Below are positions 9,072 through 18,317 of a stretch of 64,000 nt of DNA, one piece after another; positions within the stretch are counted from its first letter, which is position 1; every line of letters begins with the position of its first letter. This stretch comes from an uncultured Candidatus Saccharibacteria bacterium (GTDB taxonomy: Bacteria > Patescibacteriota > Minisyncoccia > SW-4-49-11). The translations under genes were made by a program, and so were the position numbers. The notes under the pieces were generated by a model that was given only the letters and a program-made list of their open reading frames with translations, had not been told where the DNA came from and did no database searches. The stretch spans positions 64,628-128,627 of the forward strand of contig CAZWIJ010000002.1 in NCBI GenBank assembly GCA_964633865.1. The letters are read 5' to 3'.

Positions 9072-9461
9072 ATGATCATCTTTAAAAATTTTGAGATGTA
9101 TATTGAAGTAAATTTACCTAAAGATGGTTTGCTTCAGGAAACTATGAACTTCTTCGAAAATCTTCCCGATTTAGAAGAGATTCCAGGAGAAAGATTTTGG
9201 ATTGTCAAAATTGTTTCCAAACCTATTCTGGAAGATAATTTTATAACTCACTGGCCATGCAATGAATTAATAAAAGAATTAATAAAAAGATATTGTTTGA
9301 AATTAGAAAATACTAAAATATTACTACCGAACACACATATTTTAGTCAAAGCTGGGTATATGACAGAGATTGAAATATTAAATCCTGTAAAATACCAAAA
9401 ACTCATTCACCTAATTAATGAATTTAAAAAGACAAACAACACATTAATACAAAATTCCTAA
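9072..9461 (+). CDS. Hypothetical protein
   Basis: ORF with own promoter (TTGACA 9011) and downstream hairpin. Confidence 0.55.
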   Translation: MIIFKNFEMYIEVNLPKDGLLQETMNFFENLPDLEEIPGERFWIVKIVSKPILEDNFITHWPCNELIKELIKRYCLKLENTKILLPNTHILVKAGYMTEIEILNPVKYQKLIHLINEFKKTNNTLIQNS

Positions 9462-9578
9462 TCACTAATTAAATTTAAATCTAGAGAACTAAATTATATA
9501 GTTCTCTTTTTTACTTTATTTGCAATAATTATGTAAAAAAGTTATAATGACTATTATTTTATAAAATAAATTCATAGT

Positions 9579-9923
9579 ATGAATTGGGGGGAAAAATTTA
9601 ATATCTGGCTTCAAGGAGTAAAATATGCCTTTGTTACAGAAAAAAGCCTTATTGTCCAAACAATCTCTGTAACTATATTAGTAATTTTACTAGAAATTTA
9701 TATAGAAAACTGGCAGATAATAAAGCAAACCATTATTTTTGGAGTTATTATTTTGCTTTTAGAATTTATCAATACAATTGTAGAAGATATATGTGATTTT
9801 ATGGAACCAAAGAGAAATCTTAAAATTAAACAGATTAAAGATCTTTCTTCAGGAATGGTTGGACTAGCTATAATATCTTTTAGTTTAATTACTTTATTTG
9901 ATATAATTATTTTTCTTTATTAA
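9579..9923 (+). CDS. dgkA: Diacylglycerol/undecaprenol kinase family
   Basis: EFINTIVEDICD...IKDLSSG motif; hydrophobic helices. Confidence 0.75.
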   Translation: MNWGEKFNIWLQGVKYAFVTEKSLIVQTISVTILVILLEIYIENWQIIKQTIIFGVIILLLEFINTIVEDICDFMEPKRNLKIKQIKDLSSGMVGLAIISFSLITLFDIIIFLY

Positions 9924-10028
9924 AATTATAATATCTGTGTATAGTATTATAACCTATACAAAATCTGTTTTATTTTGTATAATATATATAATAAAATCAA
10001 AAATAATTGTAAACTAAATCTTTGCTCT

Positions 10029-10490
10029 ATGTCAGATAAACTAAGAAAAAATGTTTTGGGGGTTATATTTGATGATGAGAGAAATGTCCTAATTGTATCC
10101 AGATCGAATGATCCCCTCCATTGGCAGTTTCCTCAAGGTGGAATCAATCAAGACGAGAATATGGAACTTGCTATTATAAGAGAATTAGAAGAGGAGCTAG
10201 GGACTTCAAAATTTACCGTGATTGACAAATGTCCTGAAACCCACTCCTATAAATGGTCTAAATCTCTAATCAGAGATGACAATGTAGGTCAAGTACAAAC
10301 TATCTTCATTCTAAAATTCAATGGTTTTAGCTCAGATATTATACTGGATAATAGAGAATTAGGTGGCTATTTATGGATACCTCATTATAGAGTTACTCAT
10401 TTATTACATGAGTATCGTAAACCTGTTTGGAAAATAGTCAAAAAATATTTTAATATAAAAACTTTAACTCGTAAGCCTCCTAAAAGATAA
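10029..10490 (+). CDS. rppH: RNA pyrophosphohydrolase-like Nudix hydrolase (probable start ATG 10029)
   Basis: RKNV..., WQFPQGG, Nudix box GGINQDENMELAIIRELEEELG, GQ.Q. Confidence 0.7.
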   Translation: MSDKLRKNVLGVIFDDERNVLIVSRSNDPLHWQFPQGGINQDENMELAIIRELEEELGTSKFTVIDKCPETHSYKWSKSLIRDDNVGQVQTIFILKFNGFSSDIILDNRELGGYLWIPHYRVTHLLHEYRKPVWKIVKKYFNIKTLTRKPPKR

Positions 10491-10502
10491 TTATTATAAA
10501 TT

Positions 10503-11729
10503 ATGAAACAATCACTATTAGCTACCAAAACAAGAAAAGATATTAGCTCTCAAGAGAAATCTCTAAATGCAAAATTATTACTTAAAGCTGGATTTATTGA
10601 TCAACTTATGGCAGGAGTCTACTCTTATTTACCCCTAGGTTATAGGGTTATTCAAAAAATAGAAAAAATTGTGCGAGAAGAAATGAATGCTATTGATGGA
10701 CAAGAAATCCTAATGCCAGCAATTCACCCAAAAGAAGTTTTAGAGACTACAGGAAGATGGGATACTATTGATGTTTTATATAAATTTCAGACTTTTTATA
10801 CCAAAATGGAAGTAGCTCTTGGATCTACTCATGAAGAAATTATTACCCCCCTCACCAAAAAATTTATCAAATCTTATAAAGACTTACCTCTTTCTCTATA
10901 CCAAATACAAACCAAATTCCGTGACGAAAAAAGAGCTAAATCTGGTATTTTGAGAGGTAGAGAATTTATTATGAAAGATCTATATTCATTTCACACAGAT
11001 GAACAAGATTTGAACAAATATTATGACAAAGCTATAATAGCTTACCAAAATATATATAAAAGACTAGGCATAGGAGACCAAACCTACAAAGTTTATGCTT
11101 CTGGAGGTACTTTCTCCAAATACTCTCATGAATTTCAAACTTTATCAGAAATAGGAGAAGATACTGTTTATATTTGTGATAAATGTCATATAGGAGTAAA
11201 TCAAGAAATTATATCTGATCAACCAAATTGTCCTGAATGTAGTGGAGATTTGCATCAAAAATCTGCCATTGAAGTTGGGAATATATTTAAGTTAAATACC
11301 AAGTTTTCTGATGCTTTCTCTCTTAAATTCACGAATCAAGATGGATCGAATAAATCCGTTATTATGGGTTGTTATGGAATTGGAATAAGTAGATTAATGG
11401 GAACTTTAGTAGAAATTTTTGCAGAATCAGAGAATAAAATGGTTTGGCCTAAATCAGTATCTCCTTTCCAAGTTCATTTGATAGGACTTAACCTTAATGA
11501 TGATTTAATTTTGGAAAAAGCAAATCAAATTTATAATAAGTTTTTAGAGCTAAATATTGAAATTTTATTTGATGATAGAAATGAAAGTACAGGTAAAAAA
11601 TTAGCTGATGCCGACTTGATTGGAATACCTAATAGATTAATTATTAGCAAAAAAAGTTTAGAAAATGGAGGGATTGAATTTGAGAATAAAATTTATAGTA
11701 TAGATAATATTCTTGATATTATAATCTAA
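10503..11729 (+). CDS. proS: Proline--tRNA ligase (short, no INS editing domain)
   Basis: THEE, QIQTKFRDEKR, RGREF.MKD.YSF, IEVGNIF.L, MGCYGIGISR. Confidence 0.95.
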   Translation: MKQSLLATKTRKDISSQEKSLNAKLLLKAGFIDQLMAGVYSYLPLGYRVIQKIEKIVREEMNAIDGQEILMPAIHPKEVLETTGRWDTIDVLYKFQTFYTKMEVALGSTHEEIITPLTKKFIKSYKDLPLSLYQIQTKFRDEKRAKSGILRGREFIMKDLYSFHTDEQDLNKYYDKAIIAYQNIYKRLGIGDQTYKVYASGGTFSKYSHEFQTLSEIGEDTVYICDKCHIGVNQEIISDQPNCPECSGDLHQKSAIEVGNIFKLNTKFSDAFSLKFTNQDGSNKSVIMGCYGIGISRLMGTLVEIFAESENKMVWPKSVSPFQVHLIGLNLNDDLILEKANQIYNKFLELNIEILFDDRNESTGKKLADADLIGIPNRLIISKKSLENGGIEFENKIYSIDNILDIII

Positions 11730-11787
11730 ATTCTAATATTCCTTAAATTTATTTGACAAATATTAAAAAATATTCTATTATATTTAT

Positions 11788-11912
11788 AGATAGATACTTC
11801 ATACACTCCCTTCAATTTAAATTTTATTAGAATTCAATCATGTATGAAAATTTATCCTATACTTCCTAAAATAAAGACTCACAATTAATTTTGTGAGTCT
11901 ATTTATTTTTTT
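11788..11912 (+). ncRNA. Candidate sRNA
   Basis: TTGACA(11753)-17-TATTAT(11776); stem ATAGAT..TTCATACA/TGTATGAA..ATTTAT; terminator AGACTCACAA/TTGTGAGTCT. Confidence 0.4.
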
Positions 11913-11931
11913 ACAAATTAGATTATAAATT

Positions 11932-12720
11932 CTAACTATCTAATATAACCGTTCCTTGTAAAATATCTTTATAATACTCTGAACTTTCTCTTAATTCGGA
12001 ATCCGTGAAAGTACGAATCATTTTAGATTGACTAAATAAAGAGGAATCAATCAAGGAAACTGCTTTTTCTAAAGTTTTTAATCTATGAGCTACCACAAAA
12101 GTTATTGAATTAGAGGATAAATCATCAATCATTTTTGTGATAGATTGTTCAGATATCTCATCTAGTGAACTTGTTGGTTCATCAATAAGTACCATTTTTG
12201 GCTTATAATACATTGCTCTTAGATAAAGTGAGGCGAAATTTAATCTTTGTCTTTGACCTCCTGAAAGATTTAAGCCACCTTCCCCTATCAAGGTTTCTAA
12301 TCCATCTTTGGAAAAAAATATTTCCCATAAACCTACTTTGTGTAATACATCTTCCAATTCTTGATCTGTATATTGTTCTTCCCCATCTTCTTTTGGAATT
12401 ATTCCAAATAAGAGATTATATCTTAATTTACCTCTCATAGCTGTTGATGTTTGTAGTTGCATAGCTATCAAATCTCTTCTTTTCTTATCTCCCACTGAAT
12501 AAATATCTATATCATTGATGATAACTTTACCACTTTGTGGTTTCAATTGACCTCCTAAAATAGAAATTAAAGTTGTCTTACCTGTTCCTGATGGGCCAAT
12601 AACACCGTACAAACCAGATTTTGCTTCTACTTGCATTGAATGCTCATCAAAAACTTTACTCTTTTCTCCATATTCAAATGAAATCTTATCTAAAATAATT
12701 TTAGTTTTCATAGTTTTCAT
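11932..12720 (-). CDS. ABC transporter ATP-binding subunit
   Basis: Walker A GPSGTGKT, LSGGQ signature, DEPTSSLD, AHRL. Confidence 0.9.
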   Translation of the reverse strand: MKTMKTKIILDKISFEYGEKSKVFDEHSMQVEAKSGLYGVIGPSGTGKTTLISILGGQLKPQSGKVIINDIDIYSVGDKKRRDLIAMQLQTSTAMRGKLRYNLLFGIIPKEDGEEQYTDQELEDVLHKVGLWEIFFSKDGLETLIGEGGLNLSGGQRQRLNFASLYLRAMYYKPKMVLIDEPTSSLDEISEQSITKMIDDLSSNSITFVVAHRLKTLEKAVSLIDSSLFSQSKMIRTFTDSELRESSEYYKDILQGTVILDS

Positions 12721-13765
12721 GATTATCTGTTAGTAAAACTGGATAAGTTTGTTTTCCAAATCCTCTTATAAATTCAAATAAATCTTGAATATTTTTGATT
12801 TGTTGTACAAAACGACCAACCTGATGTCCAATATAGATTAATCCTGTTGCTCCTCCAGAATATGTCGCTAATAAAGCAACTGCAGTTACAGTATCAATTG
12901 AACCTATTTTTAATAAATCAAAAACAAAGTATCCAATTATTGCCAAACTAGAGATATGAATTATAGAAGTAATTTGGAAAAACATTGTACTTATCATCCA
13001 AGAATTGATCTGATGTTTCACTACTGATTTTGATTGATTCTCAACCTTTTCTACTTGGATGTCTGTTGCAAAAGTAGATCTAATTAAAAGAACTTCTTGT
13101 AAATTCTCCACCGTAAGAGCCTTTAATTTATCCTCTTCATCAATACGATATTTGGAAATACGACTAATTACCATAATATTAATGATCACTGAGGAAGCTA
13201 TTATCGAGAGCAAACATAATCCAGCTATTATACCAAGATTAATTGATCGATAACCAAGAGCCCAAATAACACTCGCAAGTCCTGATAATGAATATAATAA
13301 ACTATACATAATAAAATCCAAAGCTGATTCATAAGAAGAGACTCCTCTTGTTACTTTAGAAATAATCTGCCCACTTGATCTGGTTGAATGAAAATGTGGA
13401 TCAACCGCTAAAAAGAATTGGTTTGCACTGTTATTCACAGAAGCTAGAATTGAAGCACTAGATAAACCATATATATATTCCCTAAAATATCTATATAATA
13501 AACTTATCACTAATAACCCTAAAATAAGAAAATAATTATTAACATTTCCTGTTGAAATTGCCCAAGCGACTAAAATTGGAAATAAAGTATTCAAACTAGA
13601 AAAGATTAATTCAAGAATAATAACAGTTAACATTCTCCATTTAAATTTCAAAATTATCTTCCACCAAGCTTGATTGAAATCTACAGGATGTATCTTAACT
13701 TTTTCATCTGTCCCCCAGATTGGTAAGACTTTCTGATATAATCTATCTATAAATTCTAAGTTCAT
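12701..13765 (-). CDS. ABC exporter transmembrane subunit
   Basis: About 6 TM helices, FHSTRSSGQIISK motif; overlaps the NBD gene by 20 bp. Confidence 0.85.
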   Translation of the reverse strand: MNLEFIDRLYQKVLPIWGTDEKVKIHPVDFNQAWWKIILKFKWRMLTVIILELIFSSLNTLFPILVAWAISTGNVNNYFLILGLLVISLLYRYFREYIYGLSSASILASVNNSANQFFLAVDPHFHSTRSSGQIISKVTRGVSSYESALDFIMYSLLYSLSGLASVIWALGYRSINLGIIAGLCLLSIIASSVIINIMVISRISKYRIDEEDKLKALTVENLQEVLLIRSTFATDIQVEKVENQSKSVVKHQINSWMISTMFFQITSIIHISSLAIIGYFVFDLLKIGSIDTVTAVALLATYSGGATGLIYIGHQVGRFVQQIKNIQDLFEFIRGFGKQTYPVLLTDNHENYEN

Positions 13766-13947
13766 TTATTTAAAAAATTATTTAATTTAGTTTATTTAAA
13801 ACATTGAATATTATTCTATCATAAATTGACAAGAATGTAAACATAAAAATATTATCTTAATAATACTTAAGTACTTCATCCAGTATTTTAATATATATTT
13901 TTTAGTATTTTAATTTTTGAAAATAAATAAAAATATGTAAATTAGTA

Positions 13948-14001
13948 TTGACAAAAATTTAATTATATGATAGAGTTATAAATGTAAATGTTCTTTGACA
14001 A
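13948..14001 (+). promoter_or_regulatory. sigma70 promoter + boxA-like motif
   Basis: TTGACA(13948)-17-TAGAGT with TG extension; TGTTCTTTGACAA 13989-14001. Confidence 0.65.
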
Positions 14002-14008
14002 AAAAATT

Positions 14009-15346
14009 ATGTCTTCATACAAATTTGACTTGGTTGATCCTTTAACTGGCAAATCCCTATTACATGGGTTTATCGGTGGAATGGACCGTTCATTTGGTTA
14101 TCAATTAACTGAATATATCGAGAATGGTGTTCGAAAATTAGAAGGATTAGTGGAACTCAATCTCATGGATTCTAAAAAACTTTCTAATAACGAAAAAGAC
14201 ATTTTCTTTATTGATTCAAATGGATCATCTAAGGATACGATTAAAATTTCTGGTTCATCAATGTTTGACTTCAATACTTGGGGAATTTTCTCCAAAGATA
14301 GTATTAAAGTTGTACTAGGAAGTAATGACACTTTAGTTATTAGAAACTTTCAATCAACAAAACAGACCACAAATTTTGATGTAATACTATCTAAAGGAGT
14401 ACAGATTCTAGACTTTAAAAATCTAGCTATCACCCCTTGGAATACTGGGACTAGTGGATTTATCAACATTGATGACTTAGCAGTCATTAATGTCAAAAAT
14501 CTTGAATCTCAAGATAAAATTTTGACTACAGAAAAGCAAAAATTGAGATTTTCTCAAGAATTTGCTGATGTCTCTGTAGACATAGTTGAAAAATTCGGCT
14601 TTTTCGAAAGAAGCCAGGATTATCTTGGAAAACTTAATTTCCAAAATTCAAGATTAAATACAGTTTTAACATCTTTTGGCCTCAATGCCAATGTAAGCTT
14701 AAAAGGTGATGTATCAGCTACTATTTGGGAGAATAAATCTACCCCTCAAAGAAAGTATGCATTCGATCAAGAGATTATGGTTGATCTCCAAGATGACTTC
14801 TCCCTGAGAGATTATCTTGATGGACAAAATGATCAATTCCTGTTCAATGGATTTGCTGACGATATGAAATCCGGGATTTATTTCGGTCAGAGTACAATCA
14901 AATCAATTGTCGATAAAGATCCTTTGACTGGATTAGCTCAAAAAGATTATTTCAGATTTAATCTGAAAGATGATACATTATTTGTCAACTCGATTTGGGC
15001 AACCAAAAGTACCACAAATTTTCATGTGAACTTTTTTGGAGAAAAAGGAGCTTCGCAAGAAACCTTAAACTTAGCAAACCTAGATATTACTCCATGGTAT
15101 CTAACTGGTAAGTTTTTAACAAAAAATGATATTTTGGTCATTAATGTAAAAAACCTAAGCAAAGAAGATAAAATCTTTTTTGACAAAACTCGTCAGGATG
15201 TAAAATTCTATCAAAAAGGATCTTCTACCTTTGTAGATATCGTAGAAGAAAATGGGGATTCCCGAAATCCTGATGATTACTTGGGAAGACTACAATTTCT
15301 TAACACAAACATAATGACTGTACAAAATGCTTTTCAAAGCATCTAG
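14009..15346 (+). CDS. Hypothetical protein with internal two-fold domain duplication (start moved to ATG 14009)
   Basis: TK.TTNF...NL.ITPW...VINVKNL...DKI...VDIVE...DYLG.L.F.N occurs twice. Confidence 0.75.
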   Translation: MSSYKFDLVDPLTGKSLLHGFIGGMDRSFGYQLTEYIENGVRKLEGLVELNLMDSKKLSNNEKDIFFIDSNGSSKDTIKISGSSMFDFNTWGIFSKDSIKVVLGSNDTLVIRNFQSTKQTTNFDVILSKGVQILDFKNLAITPWNTGTSGFINIDDLAVINVKNLESQDKILTTEKQKLRFSQEFADVSVDIVEKFGFFERSQDYLGKLNFQNSRLNTVLTSFGLNANVSLKGDVSATIWENKSTPQRKYAFDQEIMVDLQDDFSLRDYLDGQNDQFLFNGFADDMKSGIYFGQSTIKSIVDKDPLTGLAQKDYFRFNLKDDTLFVNSIWATKSTTNFHVNFFGEKGASQETLNLANLDITPWYLTGKFLTKNDILVINVKNLSKEDKIFFDKTRQDVKFYQKGSSTFVDIVEENGDSRNPDDYLGRLQFLNTNIMTVQNAFQSI

Positions 15347-15400
15347 ACAAGTCATAATTATTTAAATTTAACCTATAGGCTAATTAATTTTAGCCTATTT

Positions 15401-16798
15401 TTATTTTTCAATGATTTCTTTTACTCTATCTCTTAATTCTATCATATCTTGCTCAGTTTTCCCTTCTGTAATAAGACGAAGTACTGGCTCTGTATTTGAA
15501 GCTCGGACAGAGAGCCAAGCATTTGGTAAATCTATTCTGATTCCATCTAATAAAGATAATTTCCCTTGACTAAATTCTTGTTTTATTTCTTCCAAAATTT
15601 CTTCTTTTGGACGAGATATCTCAAAATTAATTTCACCTGAATGAGTATATACAAATAATGGATCTGTCATTTCAGATAGACTTTGTTCATTATCTGATAA
15701 TAATTCCATAATTTTTAAGACTACGAATAATGGATTTTCAAAATATGCATGCTCTCCATCTTTTACCACATCAAGATAAAAATGTCCTGAGAATTCTCCT
15801 GAAAAAAATGCTTTTTCTTTAATCATCTGAGCTTTGATAAATGAGTGCCCTACTCTTGTTTGCATCGCTATTCCTCCATGAGCTTCGATTGTCTCTGGTG
15901 TGATATTAGAAGATCTAAGATCATATAAAATTTTAGCTCCCTCTCTACCAACCAAAAAGCTAGGTGCCAAGAGTGCTGTTGTGATATCTGGTCTAATTGT
16001 TCGTCCTGTATTATCTACGAATGATACTCTATCAAAATCTCCATCACAAGCCACTCCAAAATCTGCTTGATTATCTTTGATTGCTTTTTTTAGAGAATCC
16101 AGAGTTTCTTCTTTCAAAGGATTAGCTTCGTGATTTGGAAAATTTCCATCAAGCTCTTCAAATAATTGAATTAGTTCTATTTCTGGGAAATTAGAGAAAA
16201 ATTTAGTTATAGCTGGCCCAGACATTCCATTAGCATTATCTACCACTACTTTCATTGGTTTGATTTGAATATCTTTATTTCTGTATGTCAAAACATTTTC
16301 AATATAATCATCCAATGTATTTGGTTTTGATTCTGAGACAATTTCTTTTTTTTCTACCAATCTTTCAACCAAATTATCATTCATTACTATATCCCGAATT
16401 GCATAAATTCCAGTATCTCCTGAAATAGGTATAGCTCTCTCTCTCACCAATTTAAACCCATTATACTCTGCAGGATTATGTGAAGCTGTAATAATCATTC
16501 CCCCATCTGTTCCGTATTCCAAAACAGAATAATACATCATAGGAGTTGAAGAAAGACCAATATCTATTATTTTTATTCCCTCATCTGCAAGACCTTGCTT
16601 TGATTCTTCCATTAGAATCACTCCTGATTCTCTCATATCTCTTCCTAGAACTACTGTAATATCTTTTTTTGAAGACAACTCTTTTTTTAAGAATTGCCCA
16701 AAAGCTCGCCCCATTCTATAAGCCGTTTCATTGGTGAGTTCTTGATTATAAATTCCTCTTATATCATAAGCTTTGAAAATTTCTGGTTTAGTGTGCAT
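15401..16798 (-). CDS. Phosphomannomutase/phosphoglucomutase
   Basis: FKAYDIRG, TASHNP, DGDFDR, GEFSGH, RASNTEP. Confidence 0.95.
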   Translation of the reverse strand: MHTKPEIFKAYDIRGIYNQELTNETAYRMGRAFGQFLKKELSSKKDITVVLGRDMRESGVILMEESKQGLADEGIKIIDIGLSSTPMMYYSVLEYGTDGGMIITASHNPAEYNGFKLVRERAIPISGDTGIYAIRDIVMNDNLVERLVEKKEIVSESKPNTLDDYIENVLTYRNKDIQIKPMKVVVDNANGMSGPAITKFFSNFPEIELIQLFEELDGNFPNHEANPLKEETLDSLKKAIKDNQADFGVACDGDFDRVSFVDNTGRTIRPDITTALLAPSFLVGREGAKILYDLRSSNITPETIEAHGGIAMQTRVGHSFIKAQMIKEKAFFSGEFSGHFYLDVVKDGEHAYFENPLFVVLKIMELLSDNEQSLSEMTDPLFVYTHSGEINFEISRPKEEILEEIKQEFSQGKLSLLDGIRIDLPNAWLSVRASNTEPVLRLITEGKTEQDMIELRDRVKEIIEK

Positions 16799-16944
16799 TT
16801 TATCTAAATTTAAGTTAATATATATTTATTATATCTTTTATTTTCCAAAAAATCAAAATTTTAAATAAAAAAAATACCCAACTTAAATTCAAGCTGAGAT
16901 TATTTTGGTATTAACACTTAAAAGGTTAAGTACTAATACCAAAT

Positions 16945-17172
16945 TCAAATTAAATGTCTGACTAACTTTGGGTAAACTGAATATACAGTATATCCACTAA
17001 CTTTAAGCCCACCCACTTGGAGGGTAACCATATCAGCCTCAAAATAAGCAGATACAGTTTTTTTCCCTAATTCAAAAACAACTTGTTCATCGGTCACACC
17101 GAGGAGCTGAGCTCCTTTTTCTTGTAAGAATTCCAGGGTGGAAGAAATTAAATTATCCATAATGTACCTCAT
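16945..17172 (-). CDS. Small hypothetical protein
   Basis: ORF with TTGACA-17-TATTAT promoter; long 3' hairpin 16904-16943; the true start may be the downstream ATG (MDNLIS) preceded by GAGG. Confidence 0.55.
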   Translation of the reverse strand: MRYIMDNLISSTLEFLQEKGAQLLGVTDEQVVFELGKKTVSAYFEADMVTLQVGGLKVSGYTVYSVYPKLVRHLI

Positions 17173-17374
17173 AAATTACTCTTATATAATACCATATTTT
17201 AACTATTTTGTCAATACTTTATGACTAATTATTTTAAGATTTTACAACTTTTATTGATTACATTTACATTAATTAACTATTCTAAATAACAAGATTTAGT
17301 TGAAGAAAATCTTAGCGTTAATAAATTTTATTGTTAATATTCCATTATTTGAAAATTAATATTGACAAAAAAAC

Positions 17375-18037
17375 CTACCAATTTATAATCTCTAGATTAT
17401 TAGATTCTAAATACTGATTTGCTTTTATAAAATGATTATTTCCAAAGAAACCTCTATTAGCTGAGAAAGGAGATGGATGAGCTGAATCCAAAATAAGATG
17501 TTTATTAGAATCTATGAGAGACTTTTTTTGTTTAGCATAATTTCCCCATAAAATAAAGACCAAATTGGATCTTTGATCAGATAAAGATTCTATCACATAA
17601 TCTGTGAATTTTTCCCATCCTAGTCCCTGATGAGATGCTGGTGTATTCTCTCTTACAGTAAGAACACTATTTAATAAAAACACTCCTTGATCTACCCATA
17701 ATTTTAAATTTCCATTCTGAAAGTCTTTTTTAACACCAAACTCTAATTCTATCTCTTTATAAATATTTTTTAATGAGGGAGGTAATTTGCTACCTTCAGG
17801 AACAGAAAAAGCTAAGCCTTCAGCCTGACCTAGCCCATGATACGGATCTTGTCCTAGAATCACAACTTTAATATCAAAAAATGATAGTTGGAAAGCTCTC
17901 CAAATATTTTCTTTCTCTGGATAAACTGTATGTAAAGCATATTCTTGCAAAATTTTATTATAAAAATTTACAAATTCAGATTTCTCAAAATATGGTTGTA
18001 AAATTTTTTTCCAATCTTTATCTAGATTAATATTCAC
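17375..18037 (-). CDS. ung: Uracil-DNA glycosylase family 1
   Basis: GQDPYH, GLAFS, PPSL, LLN, HPSP. Confidence 0.95.
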   Translation of the reverse strand: MNINLDKDWKKILQPYFEKSEFVNFYNKILQEYALHTVYPEKENIWRAFQLSFFDIKVVILGQDPYHGLGQAEGLAFSVPEGSKLPPSLKNIYKEIELEFGVKKDFQNGNLKLWVDQGVFLLNSVLTVRENTPASHQGLGWEKFTDYVIESLSDQRSNLVFILWGNYAKQKKSLIDSNKHLILDSAHPSPFSANRGFFGNNHFIKANQYLESNNLEIINW

Positions 18038-18143
18038 TTATTTAGAAAATTTATTATCTTTATATAATTATAACTTATCTTTTATCAAAATCAAAATTTA
18101 AATATTTCTTGACTTAAAGATTAAAATAATTTATACTAACTTA

Positions 18144-18237
18144 GTAAAGATAATTATTAGAAAATTTATTTTAGTAATTATACTTTAAATTATTGTTGTA
18201 TTCCCATATAGCCATATTCCTATTTATGGCTTTTTTT
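18144..18237 (+). ncRNA. Candidate sRNA
   Basis: TTGACT(18109)-17-TATACT(18132); long AU-rich stem; terminator AGCCATA/TATGGCT plus T-tract; no ORF. Confidence 0.45.
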
Positions 18238-18317
18238 ATTTATTTAAATTAAAAATAATTGATATTATCTCTAAAAATTGATATAGTATAATCAAAGAAT
18301 ATTTTAATAATTTATAT

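Noticed and set aside
11932-13765. Frameshifted single ABC transporter gene
   Set aside because: Both halves look complete, and the NBD has its own ATG overlapping the TMD end, consistent with translational coupling.
5247-18237. Roughly 6.4-kb spacing of the three sRNA candidates
   Set aside because: Only two intervals, and the next expected position falls inside a gene.
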